Shown here in pieces: positions 11,834-23,695 of a stretch of 64,000 bases of DNA. This DNA is from Rhodosorus marinus CCMP1338. Taxonomy: Eukaryota > Plantae > Rhodophyta. Location of the stretch: positions 124,001-188,000 of the forward strand of contig JAMWBK010000011.1 in the NCBI GenBank assembly GCA_029953675.1. The letters run 5' to 3'. Position 1 is the first letter of the stretch. Every line of letters starts with the position of its first letter. The translations under genes were made by a program, and so were the position numbers. A model generated the notes under the pieces. The model had not been told where the DNA came from. It saw only the letters and a program-made list of their open reading frames with translations, and made no database searches.

Positions 11834-13624
11834 CTAGAGATGACCCTTGGGTGCATTGAGCACAGCATCGTGCATCGCACCAGCGAGGTAGTCAACTGTG
11901 GAGGTTGTCAATCCAGCCATGCTGATCCTGCCGTTGCGCATCATGTATATGTGATACTTTTCCTGAATAAAATCCACCTAAACGAAAACGGCCGAAAAAA
12001 TCGGCTAGTCAACGTGAGTGTGAAGAAGCTGAAAGAAACGACAACGCTTCTTCGATTGGCTTCTGCTCCTACCTCAGGACCCGTAAGGCCTGTATAGGAG
12101 AACATTCCGATCTGCTTTTCCAAGAAATCCCAACTCCCAGGCGTCTGCAACTTCTGCAGTGCCAACTTGAGCGCCGTTCTCATCTCAAGGATTCTTCCGG
12201 ACATAAGCTTCAGCTCTCCGTTCCACTTGTCGAAGAGGACGGGGTTGTCTGTGTACGAAATTACGAAGTGAGCGTCAGGTCGTTCACTTTGAGGGCATCA
12301 TCAACAGCTTCCAAACATCCCGCAAGACATGAACTTACTTAAGATTGTCGCCGCAATCCTGGCTCCATGCGCCGGCGGCGATGAGTACATCGGTCGAATG
12401 ACCTGCTTGAGCTGAGTCAGCACCCGATCCACGATCGACTTATCCGAGACAATCACAGAAAGAGCTCCAGTCCGCTCTCCGTACAGTCCCATGTTCTTTG
12501 CATACGACTGTGAGAGCATCAGCTCAATGCCTTGGCTTGCGAAATACTCCAACGCAAACCTGTCTCTGATTAGATCCTGTCATTGAGCCATCGAAGCAAA
12601 AGCCCAGATCAGCTTCTTCTTCCCCTTAGATCGGCAACGCGCTCCGAGTGTGTACTTGACAACGTACACCTGTCGCAAATCCCTGGTAAGCAGCATCGAA
12701 GAACGGCAGATGTCCCTTCTCAGCGATGACTGTACAGAGCCGCTTCCACTCATCAAAGCTCAGGTCAGCGCCAGTAGGATTGTGAGCACAGGGATGGAGC
12801 ACGATGATCGATCCATTCGGGGCGTGGCTAATGTCTTCCATGAGACCAGTGAAGTCTACTCCCTTTGTATCAGCGTTGAAATATCTGAGGCGTCCATAAA
12901 TTCTCAGCGAATAGAGTTATGAAGATGGGTCTGGTATGGGTTGGTAGGATACCTGTACAGTCCAACTTCGCCCATGCCACTTAAAGGGGGGATTCTTCTG
13001 TGGAGCGGCCAGCTTTGTTCGGGAATGTAAACTTTCGCGCCCTGTGCGTAGAAACGCGAGAGGAATTCCAGACCTACTCGAAGCGCTCCAGTTCCCTTTG
13101 AATAGTTCAAACAGCGTAGGATGGAACGGAAGGGTTGATTTTACGATCAGACTGGGCCAACCGGCAGTATGGGATGGTGGTGGGGGGCTGGCAAACCGAA
13201 AGCGCCTGAACGGTTACACAGCGACCTTCACGGATGGCCAGGCTGTCTTCTCCGAAAGCGAGTTTGGCAGTTGCATCCCGAAACTCTTTCAATCCCTCTA
13301 CAGGAAGATACTCGTGGTTCAAGCTCGGATCATCCAACTAGAGAAGAAGAAGCCCCACCCTGGTCAGGAATTTTAAGACGAAAGCCCAAACCAAAAAGAA
13401 AAAAAAAGCAGCGAGCAGACGACTCTCACCATCATCGTCTCGACTTCCTTCACAACGGGAAGTACGTAGCTCTTCCCTTCATCCGTCCGATACGCGCCGA
13501 CGCTCACGTTCAGCTTCTTCTCTGCAGGATCCTCCTCATACAGGGTCCTCAAAGACAGAATCGGATCGGGCGGAGCATCCGGAATTCCATCCAGAAAACT
13601 CTTCTTCTTCACAGCAACCGCCAT
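11834..13624 (-). CDS. GOT1: Aspartate aminotransferase, cytosolic type (multi-exon)
   Basis: APPDPIL, LNVSVGAYRT, EYLPVEGL, LHPCAHNPTG, FFDAAYQGFA, PLP-lysine motif SYAKNMGLYGERTG, QIGMFSYTGL, GRISMAGL. Confidence 0.95.
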
Positions 13625-13938
13625 CGTATCCAACGAATCAACCACAAAAACTCTATCAAACTGTCTCAGATGATTCCTTCACCTCCATACTCCGATCTCT
13701 CCATATAGCTACTACCGACGACCGAAATCCACTGCCTTCCGCAATGGGTGCGGCTGACACCGGACGGTCTTTGTTTCCCTCAGATAATTGGTCAAGGGGA
13801 ATCCGTACTTACAATGTTTATACCAAGATATTCGTGGACTATCCAATCAACTGTATAGAATTTGATATATTTTACGAGAACGATCAGTGATTCGCATTTA
13901 TTGAACTATACTGCGCGTTGATTGGCTAGAGGGTGGTT

Positions 13939-14604
13939 TTATTGTACCCCGAAGAGTTCGACTTCGAAGAGCAGAGTGGCGTTGGGTGGGATGACTCCAG
14001 GGACTCCACGAGCGCCATAAGCGTAGTCTGGTGAGCAGGTTAGCTTAGCAACCTGTCCTATGCTCATTTGCATAACTCCCTGAATGGTTGTTTGTTGATT
14101 TTTGCGTTCAGATGGATTGAGAATCCGGGGGGGGGGGGTATGGTGAGGACCTCTGGGGAATCTTTCTTACCTCGTCCCAGCCTTTGATGACCTGTCCCAT
14201 TCCGATCATGAACTCGAACTGGCTTCCACGGTCACGGCTTGAATCGAACTTGGTGCCGTCCGTCAGCGTCCCGACATAGTGAACGCTTACCTACCACCAC
14301 ACCAAAAAGGATTAGATCTGCCCAACAACGCGCACAGCCTATGACAACTTACGAACCTTTTGTCCAGCACTGGGAAAGGTCGTACCATCCCCAGCCTTAA
14401 TGGTCTCTACGTCAACTCCCATTCTCAGCGGTGCTCTCCTCGTACAAGCTTGTCTGCGGCTCTATCACACAGCGCAAAAAAACCCCAATAAAAAAAAACT
14501 TTGAGTACAGCAAGGCCTAACACGAATCCAAATACGTTCAAAGTACCTCCTACCGGACTAGACACTCTACCAAGTCCCGATGCTCCCACAAACGCACTTC
14601 TCAT
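13939..14604 (-). CDS. FKBP12: FKBP12-type peptidyl-prolyl isomerase; core starts at ATG 14422, putative transit-peptide exon from ATG 14604
   Basis: Absent from the ORF track. Spliced core [99 protein letters not shown]. Confidence 0.93.
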
Positions 14605-15067
14605 CCTGCTCACCTAGATGGTCACCTGCAAACCGTACTGCTTCCCAACTGCCCCACGGGAAGCACGCTTTATGTTTCTGTTCTTAAGACGTCATTGTCG
14701 AGCTAAATTCACTACGGCCGATCGCTCCAATCGAATCTCGAGATTTGTTGTTTTGATCTTCGATCTTGGCACTGGGAACAGCGGGGGCCGAAGTTGTGGT
14801 TGGAAGAGCTTATGTACATGGATAGGTGGGAAATTCACCTAATGAAAAGGCAGGTTCCGCTTCCATGACTGTCTTCGAATCAACAGGAGAGCAAAGGAGA
14901 GAAACACTCACACCCTCTTGGAGAGCGGGGTAAACGGGACTGAGCAGAGGAAAAAAATGTTTCGTCCGTGGTCAATGTTTTCTTCTCCTCAACATTCTTT
15001 TCTACTGAAAACGGAAATGAACAAGCGGACGGCTTAGCGCCTTTACTAAAGAAAAGAAAACAAAAAT

Positions 15068-15149
15068 CGTTGCCAGCAGGGTTCGAACCTGCGCGGACAT
15101 AGTCCAACAGATTTCAAGTCTGTCGCCTTAACCACTCGGCCATGGCAAC
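15068..15149 (-). tRNA. tRNA-Ser (anticodon TGA)
   Basis: Acceptor stem GTTGCCA/TGGCAAC plus G, D-loop TGGCCGAGTGGTTAAGG, anticodon arm ACAGA-CTTGAAA-TCTGT, long variable arm, GGTTCGAACC T-loop, followed by a T-run terminator. Confidence 0.97.
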
Positions 15150-15539
15150 AATCATCACAGTACTATGAATCTTTAATATTTTCTACTCATATTATGTTCG
15201 TGGAAGTCGACATCTCCTCCGAATTATGGATGTATCGAGTTTGTTTACATGTTTGAAAGCTTAGTGGAGAACCTGTAGCGACTTCAGAACTCTTCTAAAC
15301 CCATGAACGTGAATGCTAGCCCTCTCTACTTACAGGGTGCTGGGATCATAAACTCGAAACCAGGTCAAAACGTCTTCATGCGAGAACAAAAAGCTTAATA
15401 AGACTACGAAATGGTTAAGCACTACCTATTTGCTTGTTTAAACTTCCTAGACAACAAAAAGCTTTAACAGTTTCACGCGCAAACCAACTCGAAACCCAAT
15501 ATATGCTCTGTATATATGCAAATATCCTCTTTGCCTCTC

Positions 15540-15660
15540 AGATACGTTCATACCTCTCGAACATGCACCCGATCCTATCTCAAATTCGGAAGTTAAGCTC
15601 GAACGGGCCTGGAGAGTACTGAGGTCAGGGATGACTCGGGAACGCCAGGTGACGTATCTT
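15540..15660 (+). rRNA. 5S rRNA (single copy in window)
   Basis: 121 nt. Helix I AGATACG/CGTATCT, CCGATCCTATCTCAAATTCGGAAGTTAAGC (box A region), AGTACT..GGATGA..GGGAAC, TTTT terminator, TATATA at about -29. Confidence 0.92.
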
Positions 15661-17404
15661 TTGGTTCGGTTTTGTTTTTTGCTTTCTCGGAGCATATGTG
15701 CTTCGAGTGGTAGCAAGGTAGAACATGGATCACTCTGTTTACTAGACAAGAAAGGCACTGAGTTGTACCGTCGGCGTGGAAAACCGGGCCTCCTCTTGTA
15801 CTGACCTACGAACTAGTGGCAAGAAGACATATCGGAATACGCCATCTAAGGGATAGCTCGCCCAAGGAATTTGGGCAATGAGTTTCTAGGTGACCATTCA
15901 CAGATAAGAAGAACGAGCCGTGAATCTCCGCAATGTGAACCGGTATGCTAAATGAGAAGCGGTCAAGAATCCGAGCTAGCACCATTTCAAGGAATCCGCG
16001 TCCAGAGTTTCTCGCGTGTTTCTTCTAAACCCAAAAAAGCGAATTGTTCAATAGCCAGAGAACGAAGACAAGCTACGCCACTTTATCACTCTAGAAACAG
16101 CACCTTGTCCAACTCGTCTCGTAAAAACTAGCGTTGACGCCATATTGCATACCACACTGTGCACCATCTTTCACCCGTCAAGCCGTTTCCGAATTAACAA
16201 TCGTTTATTCAGGCTGCAACTAACTTGTGAGAGGCGCAAGGAAGACTCTGATACCGCGCGTCCAACAACAACAAAGCATTAGAGCGCCAGAGACATTCCC
16301 GTGAGCAGCTATCAAGTCGTGCTGGGAAGCTACGAAGGACGCCACGAAGTCCCCCACGGGTTACGAGACCAAAGAACCTGATAATGAGTGTGACAAACCG
16401 GTGTGCAGTTCTTGAGGGGTGAAACGTAGAGTCTGTCAGTGTTTCAGGCGTATTTTCGGCGTTGGGAAAATCACCTTTGGGCGATGCATTGAACTCGTCA
16501 CTCCACCACCAGGCTGAGGACTGTGGAAGATACTTTGCAGTCTGAGGACACTTTGCGGGGGGTCAAGATAATCACTCCAATCAACGATGAGCTGCTAAAT
16601 AAATGACCACAAGTTCCGCCACGCGCTGCACGACCGGGTTATTAAGAGACAAGTGTTTTTTTTTGTTAGAGACCAGCTATACTCTCTGAGCGCTAAAACT
16701 ACCGAAGACGAATGCTACGCGCTTCGAACAGCAATGCGGCGTCCATTCGCCAAAACACGAATCTCAGAGCCGTGTACGGACTGGAAGGTGCAGCCTAGTG
16801 CTAACGGAAGCAGTCTTTGATCCAAGCAGCTACAGTACCATCAAGAAACCCGAGCGACTCAAATCACAAACGCGATGAGACGATGTTAGCTACAGGGAGA
16901 GAAATCTTTTTCACACGTCTTCAGAGTAGAGCAGAGGAGCTCCTTAGATTCTATTCCCGCAAATTTTCAATCAGATCATAGAAACACCATGCCAATAGTA
17001 CCTGACGAGCGCACCCACCCAATTCCTTCGCCAGTGGTCTCTTGCTATGTTAACTTTTCTTATGGGACAAAAGCCTGAATTAGATCAAAATCTGAGGATC
17101 CGTTGCTGCACACGTTTCGACTAAATTCAACAGAATAAAAATCCAAATGAGAAAAGCATGATATTTAGAAATATTTGGAAACTCCAGCCTGTCCTTGTGT
17201 CAGAGGCGTACATAATAGTTTCTTTTAAATTTTGCTAATGTCAGATACTGAGAACATGTTAACCTTTTAATGGGACAGATACTGTGACAAGGTGTCCATG
17301 TTGAGCAAGAGCCGGATACCTGTACGTTGGACGTCAGGGACTGGGATGGTAGAGGAAGATCCGTAGTGGGAAGAATTGAATCTGGCTGTGTATGTTCTGT
17401 GGGT

Positions 17405-19066
17405 ATGGATTCCTCTGACTTGGAACCCGATGCGTCTGCACCTGGATCTAGGATGTCATCTGCCGACGTTTTCAGCGACGCGGTGAGGAGAGGACTCGAG
17501 TACGTCTCCGCCAGCGTGAGCGGTGCGCTTGGAAACCTTGGGGGAAAAGAATCTTCAAGTACCAACGTTCACTTGCAAGGTGCATACGCACCTGTAAGAG
17601 AGGAAGTGCATGAGATAAATTGTGAACTGCTTGAAGGGGTCCTTCCAGAATCTCTTACCGGGGCTTACCTGCGAAACGGACCGAATGCAGCTCTGGAACC
17701 GGAAGGCGGATACCATGTGTTTGACGGAGATGGTATGGTGCATGCGGTGCGTTTACGAGATGGAAAAGTGTCGTTTTCAAATAGATACGTTCGGACGAAA
17801 AGACTGGACATGGAGCTCAGTCAAGGACGAGCAATGTTCATAAAACTTGGAGATTGTCACGGAGTGTCAGGTTTGGGCAGGGTGCTGCTTGAAAAAGTTC
17901 TGAAATCTTTGAACATATTGCCACCCTCAACTGGAGAGTACCATGCAGCGAACGTCAGTATTGTATACCACGCGAAGAAAGTGTTAGCACTCGGCGAGGT
18001 TGGAGTCCCGTACGGTATGCGGATGCTCTGCAGTGGAATTGTGGAGACGTTAGGAGCAGTAACAACCAACATACAAGGGTCTACGTCATTCACTGCACAT
18101 CCGAAGATTGACCCGGACAATGGTGAAATGGTGGCTTTCGGCTATGCTCTCGACCACAAGCCGTATGTGAGAGTAGGGTTTCTGGATGCGGATGGCAACC
18201 CTGCGAAGACGGTCGAAGTTCTTGGAGTTTCGCAGCCTGTGATGATCCACGACATGGCACTGACGAAGAACCACGTACTTGTATTCGACATGCCGATGCG
18301 CTTCGAGCCAGAGAGAATGCTGAAGGAGAACAAGCTTCCGTTTTTCCTGCATGACGATATCCCAGGACGTTTTGGTTTGCTTAGAAGAGACGCCGTAGAC
18401 GATGCAGACATGGAGTGGTTTGAAGTACCAGGGGGTTTCTTTGTGATGCACGAGGCGAACGCGTGGGAAGATGAGGAAGCCAAAAAGGTGCACTTGATTG
18501 CGTTCAAGCATACTGGTCTAGACCTTAACGTTTTTTTGAAGGCAGGAGATACGGACAGGTCCGAACTATCACATTGGACCTTCGATCTAGACGGAAAGGA
18601 AGTCACGTGCCAGTCGCTGATTAATGCTGAAGGACAGTATGGAGAATTTCCCGTCATTAACGAAAAGTATCGATCAAAAAAGATCAGATACGTGTGGATC
18701 GGCCTGACCGACCACATAGAAGGCGCACACCCCTTTGGGAGAGTAGGAAAGGTAAATGTGGACGCTGGATTGTTGAATACAGATGAAGGTCTGGAAGCGG
18801 TGATTCACCTCCCACCGGGGCTCAGCTGCGGTGAAATGCGCTTCGTACCAAGACACGATGACCCCTCCATGTGTGAGGGTGAGGACGATGGTTTTTTGAT
18901 CGGATACGTGCACGAAAACGATGAGTCCGGTGCGTACTTCGTCGCGTACGATGCCAAGTCGATGTCTTCCAATATGCTATGCAAGTTCAGAATGCCAACG
19001 AGAATACCCTTCGGTTTCCATGGCTACCATCTAACCGAGACCGAGTTTAGGGCTCAGCTCTCATAA
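17405..19066 (+). CDS. Carotenoid cleavage dioxygenase (RPE65/NCED/CCD family), intronless
   Basis: GAYLRNGPN, FDGDGMVH, Fe-ligand histidines TAHPK, MIHDM, VMHEAN and PFGFHG, plus EFPVIN and GEMRFVPR. First in-frame ATG is 17405; no obvious transit peptide. Confidence 0.95.
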   Translation: MDSSDLEPDASAPGSRMSSADVFSDAVRRGLEYVSASVSGALGNLGGKESSSTNVHLQGAYAPVREEVHEINCELLEGVLPESLTGAYLRNGPNAALEPEGGYHVFDGDGMVHAVRLRDGKVSFSNRYVRTKRLDMELSQGRAMFIKLGDCHGVSGLGRVLLEKVLKSLNILPPSTGEYHAANVSIVYHAKKVLALGEVGVPYGMRMLCSGIVETLGAVTTNIQGSTSFTAHPKIDPDNGEMVAFGYALDHKPYVRVGFLDADGNPAKTVEVLGVSQPVMIHDMALTKNHVLVFDMPMRFEPERMLKENKLPFFLHDDIPGRFGLLRRDAVDDADMEWFEVPGGFFVMHEANAWEDEEAKKVHLIAFKHTGLDLNVFLKAGDTDRSELSHWTFDLDGKEVTCQSLINAEGQYGEFPVINEKYRSKKIRYVWIGLTDHIEGAHPFGRVGKVNVDAGLLNTDEGLEAVIHLPPGLSCGEMRFVPRHDDPSMCEGEDDGFLIGYVHENDESGAYFVAYDAKSMSSNMLCKFRMPTRIPFGFHGYHLTETEFRAQLS

Positions 19067-19768
19067 CTCGCGTCACTATCTTTTGTTCAGCGATCGCGGC
19101 GAACGGCTTCACTAAAGCGGGAGGTACGATTGACCCCTCGTGAATCATGTATATAAACGGTACATATGTTGGAACAAAGCGCCACTGCAACAAGGATCCG
19201 TTTGTTGCCGTTCCTGCGGCACAGCAGCGTTCTATAAGCGCGACTTGCGATCGGAAGAACATCGCTTTCGTTGTTAGTGGATTTTCTGGGGCCAGTCTTT
19301 GTCCTGGGCCTTTTGCTTGGTTAAGTGATCTAGTTATCATAGTTGTCACCAGCGAAAAAGCCCATTCCGCGAGAAACCTCAACACAACCATTAAACCAAG
19401 CCTAAACAAGGTTCTAATACTAATTAATGCTCATGCAGAGACGAGAATTCTAATTAAAATTAAAACACGGAAGCCATATTTCTAAATTATTCTAGTAATG
19501 TCGTAGTTTAGATCTTGAGATCCTTAATGGAAATCTAGACACGACTGAGGAAGAAGTCTGGCTATCGCTATGAGGAAGTGCGAGAAGGAGATGGTGTAAG
19601 GTCACCTCTAGAGGCTGTGAACTACGTTCTGAAAGCATGAAATTGACGGTTTTGGAAGTTGGTTGGAAGGAATGACTTCCTAGTTTACGAGACTGGTCGC
19701 CGGCCTCGGTTATTTTGAATTATTTTCGGTGTGAATCTAGCATCTACTTTGGGTGAGGATCTGAAGCG

Positions 19769-22700
19769 ATGGAGAAGGAGGCGAAGAAGCTGTACAAATC
19801 GACCAAGCAGAAACTGAGCAAGGCGAAGAGATCTTATGTCTGCAGGAGTCTCAAGTACGGGAAAAGTTAAACTGCACCGGATTAATTTTAAGGAAGCTTG
19901 CTAATCCATCAACCTCTATCGTGTTGCTTGTACTTTCCCAGAGATGTGGTCCGAGGCTACAGAAACTGCAAAACGGCGAGCGAGGAGCGTGACTTTGTGA
20001 AGAAAGAATCTGCCCATATTCGGGACCTATTTCGGGAGGAAGACACGACCTTTCGCCGCCAAAATGTTTTAAAGCTTCTGTTCTTCCACATGAACGGATA
20101 CCCCACAGAATGGGGTCAGCTGGAGTGCCTCAAGCTCTGTGCCTCCGCGAGGTTTAAAGACAAACGGGTGAGTTTTTGGTCACCCCAGAGATGGCGAAGG
20201 ATAGATCCAAAAGCCGAGATTGTGTACGAAATAGTCCGATGGGTGCAACATGAACTGGGAGAAAATGATGACATTGCATTCTGCCGGAGCTGCTGTCACA
20301 TATTCGGCGTTCCTGTTCATATATCACCGCGATTTTCCCCGAGAGTGATTTGGGATCGCGCTTCCGGCATAGTACGGATGGGCTGAAAAATATCCCGTTC
20401 CATTCGTATTCGCTTATAGGTTGGGTATCTCGGGCTCATGATCCTCCTCGATGAAAACCAGCAGATTCTTATGATGATGACCAATTGCCTGAAGCTGGAT
20501 ATGAACCACAACGACACCAAGATCGCCGCCCTCGCGCTCACCGCGATGGGGAACATATCGACACCGGAAATGATCCGTGACCTGTTGCCCGAGGTGCTCA
20601 AGTTGATGCAGAACGGGACGCCTCACCTTCGTAAGAAAGCGGCTCTCATCGGCGCAAGAGCAGTGCGCAAGCTTCCCGAACTCTCGGCGGACCTTATCCA
20701 GCCCATCCGAAGGCTTCTTTCAGCAAGACACGGATCGGTGCTGTTGACATCAACAACTCTGCTCATCGAGATCTGCAAGTATAGCCCGGATTTGATTCCA
20801 GAGATGAGGACCGACCTACTACCACTGCTCCGAGACCTACTTTCTGATCTTCTCGCAGCCGGGTTCGACCCAGACCTGACTGTCGGCGGAGTGACGGACC
20901 CGTTCATGCAGGTGAAGGTGCTACAAGCTATTGGTACGCTTGCCAAGAGGGATCAACCAGCCAGCGATTCTGTAGAGGATGTGCTTTCTCAGGTAAAGAG
21001 TTTTCATAGTTTCAAACAGAGGATAGTCGAACTCTGTAGGATGTACTCACCGACGTCCTCACGTTCAGGTTCTCTCGAGTACGGATGCCAACAGGAACGC
21101 CGGTGCCGCTGTAATCGCTGAGTGCGTGAAGACAATATTCAAAATCGAGTCTCCACAATCTCTGCAAGCCCTGGCCATGAGCAACCTCGGCAAGTTTCTC
21201 ATATCCAAGGATCCGAACTCGCGTTTCTTAGCTCTCAGCGAGCTCAGAAATGTCGTGAAACTGAACCCAGCTCTGGTCAAGCCTTACACGGAGACAATTT
21301 TGGAGTGCCTTCATGAACGGGATACGTCCATCCGACATCGAGCGGTGGAGCTCGCCTTTGCCGTTGCTGACCAAAATACACTCTCGAGAGTCACTGAAGA
21401 AGTCCTCGAGTACATCGAAGACTGCAATCCAGACGTCAAGGAAGAGACCTGTACGCACCTGGTTGACATGGTGGATCGGCTGAGCTCAAACCTTCAGTGG
21501 AAGGTATGAGCATACCATCGAGACCATCGCATGCTGGGGGCCGTGACTGAATATTCCTTTCGCGGACGTTCTCGTTTTTTCCTCCACTAGGTTGAGATTT
21601 TCATTCGCTTGCTGAAGAAAGCGGACGATTATGTGCGAGAGGACCTGCTAGACCTTTTCGCTGCGCTTATTTCTTCGACTAGTTCAGTACAAGGCTACGC
21701 AGCGGAGCGACTGTTCAATGAGGTGTTGGCAACGAAGGCGGACGCTCCAATAGTGGCGTCGACTTTCAAGCTCGATAGATTCGCCTTCAGCATTTTCGGT
21801 GAGATAATGGTTTCTTCGCTTGTAGCAGAAGCTAGGTATCTAACGGCGGCGAGCTGCACCGTCATTTTCATAGGGGAGTACGGAGAGCTTGTAACCAGTC
21901 ACTCCACGGGGATCAGAATTGATGACGTGTACAGAGCTTATGACGCGGCGCTCTCGGAGACAATGGAGTCTGTTGCAACCGAAGAGCTGGACCGAGCGAC
22001 TTACGAGGCTCTCCTAGCCACGCGACAAGTAGCGATTACCTCGGCTGCGAAGTTATTCTCAAAGGTAGTTGAGGCAGGACAGGTTGGGGAGGAGAATATC
22101 TTGCAGGTGCGTTGCTCTGTTCCCAACTCCACGCTGCGTTTGTGAGCGGGATGATTCACCGCGATTGCGTCTCGAACCAGGTACGGCAGTTGATTTCCAA
22201 GTGGCGGCAATCGCTAGACCTGGAGTCACAACAGCGCGCTTGTGAGCTCTCTACTTTGCTCACAGTAGAGCTATCGGAGGCACGCTCAGCAATCTTCGCA
22301 AGACAGGAGACGATAGATGCTGACGATGCTCGCAAACGCATTCTCCTGCCGTTGACTGGTACATCCAGCTCACTGGCGCTCTTGGGGGGGTCAAGCGACT
22401 TGATTGGATTTGGGGATGACCTTGCACAGCTGCCCGCGGCCGAAGGTTCAAATGCGCCTGCAGCTCAACGGTCCGACCCACTATCGGATATTCTCGGACT
22501 TTCGTCGCTTCCAGCCCCTCCGAAAGCTGAGCCTTTGCCTCTTCCTGGGATCGAGAGCTTAACTATGCCACCACCGTCGAGGAAATCTGGACCTTCTGCA
22601 CAAGTAGCTGGTGGCTCGCTCTTGGACGATTTGCTTGGACCATCCGCGCCGCGTCCCGCTTCTGTGGAGGCAGCGCGGCGCCCAGCAACAACTTCGAGCG

Positions 22701-23190
22701 CCGCTAGCAGCGTTGCAAAACCGGAAGGAACGGAGTTGGGACCGCTGCCTGTAATGGACGAGAATGGCCTCCAGGTTTCAATTTCGTTGTTCAAAGTTGG
22801 GACGACTCCACAGAATGAAACTCGTGCTGTCGCGCGATTCCTCAATACCTCGCAGCAGAAGATTGAGCGATTTGTCTTCCTGCTTTCAGTTCCGAAGGTG
22901 AGTCATGAAATGCGAGTCATCCTCGACGAACTGACAAGTTTCAGTGTTGCTCATATTCCCGTGAACCCTGCATCTGTTGGATTCTGCAGTATATGAAGCT
23001 GCACCTGCAACCGGCCACCAGCACATCTCTGGAGGCAAACGGTGGGAGTGCAACTCAGAGCATTGGCCTGCAAAACGCCATGTCCGGAGAAAAGTCAATA
23101 CAGCTTCGATTCAGGGTGGAGTACACAAAGGCTGGTCAGCCTACGATGCAAAAGCAAGGCGTCATTGCGAACATCCCACGGGATCTTTAA
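19769..23190 (+). CDS. AP1G1: AP-1 adaptor complex gamma subunit (multi-exon)
   Basis: [64 protein letters not shown], hinge with LLDDL, C-terminal gamma-adaptin ear (VPK..LHLQPA..LRFRVEY). Confidence 0.94.
20265..20386 (+). ncRNA. Candidate intronic box C/D snoRNA in AP1G1 intron 20168-20419
   Basis: ATGATGA at 20265-20271 and CTGA at 20383-20386 inside an unusually long (252 nt) intron, with possible GGGA/TCCC flanking pairing. Target not established. Confidence 0.3.
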
Positions 23191-23695
23191 CAGAACAAAT
23201 TACTCGAGTGCTCAGCGCTGAGCTGTGAATACAAGTCCGCTTTCTATATTTTGGTTCTTGAAGGACGCCGGGGTCCTGTCCTGCTCGTCGTCTACAGTAA
23301 GACTAGGGGCAGTTTTCATGAGATCAAGAGCCAGTTGGCCTTTGGAATAAATAGTCATCCCCCGGAATACTGAGTCTTGCAGCAATCCTACAGATTTTCT
23401 GGTCCTCTCCAACGCTGTTCAATCCTTCCACATTCTGGTTAAAGCAGAGTTAGTCCACCTACAATGACTAGTTATAGGTCTGCGTCAGTCCGGGATTCAC
23501 CCGGTCGGTACCTCATTCACGTTGGCGCAATCAGCGGCCTGCGAGCGAAAGAGAGGAGACGCCCTCGGGCGTACAGATTCGGAATCGCTTCGTGTGACAA
23601 CCTCCGCGCTTGTGGTGATGAGGAACAAAGGCTGGAACTGATCCTCGGTTCCAAAGTTCTTGAGAAAAGAAAACGACAAAAAGTTTCGCCTACGT

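Noticed and set aside
15516-15523. Octamer ATGCAAAT upstream of the 5S gene
   Set aside because: A metazoan Oct-1 element with no basis for function here; likely chance in AT-rich sequence.
15447-15758. 103-aa minus ORF
   Set aside because: Antisense to the 5S rRNA gene.
17327-17404. ORF-track N-terminal extension of the CCD
   Set aside because: Starts at TTG; the first ATG is 17405 and the extension is not transit-peptide-like.
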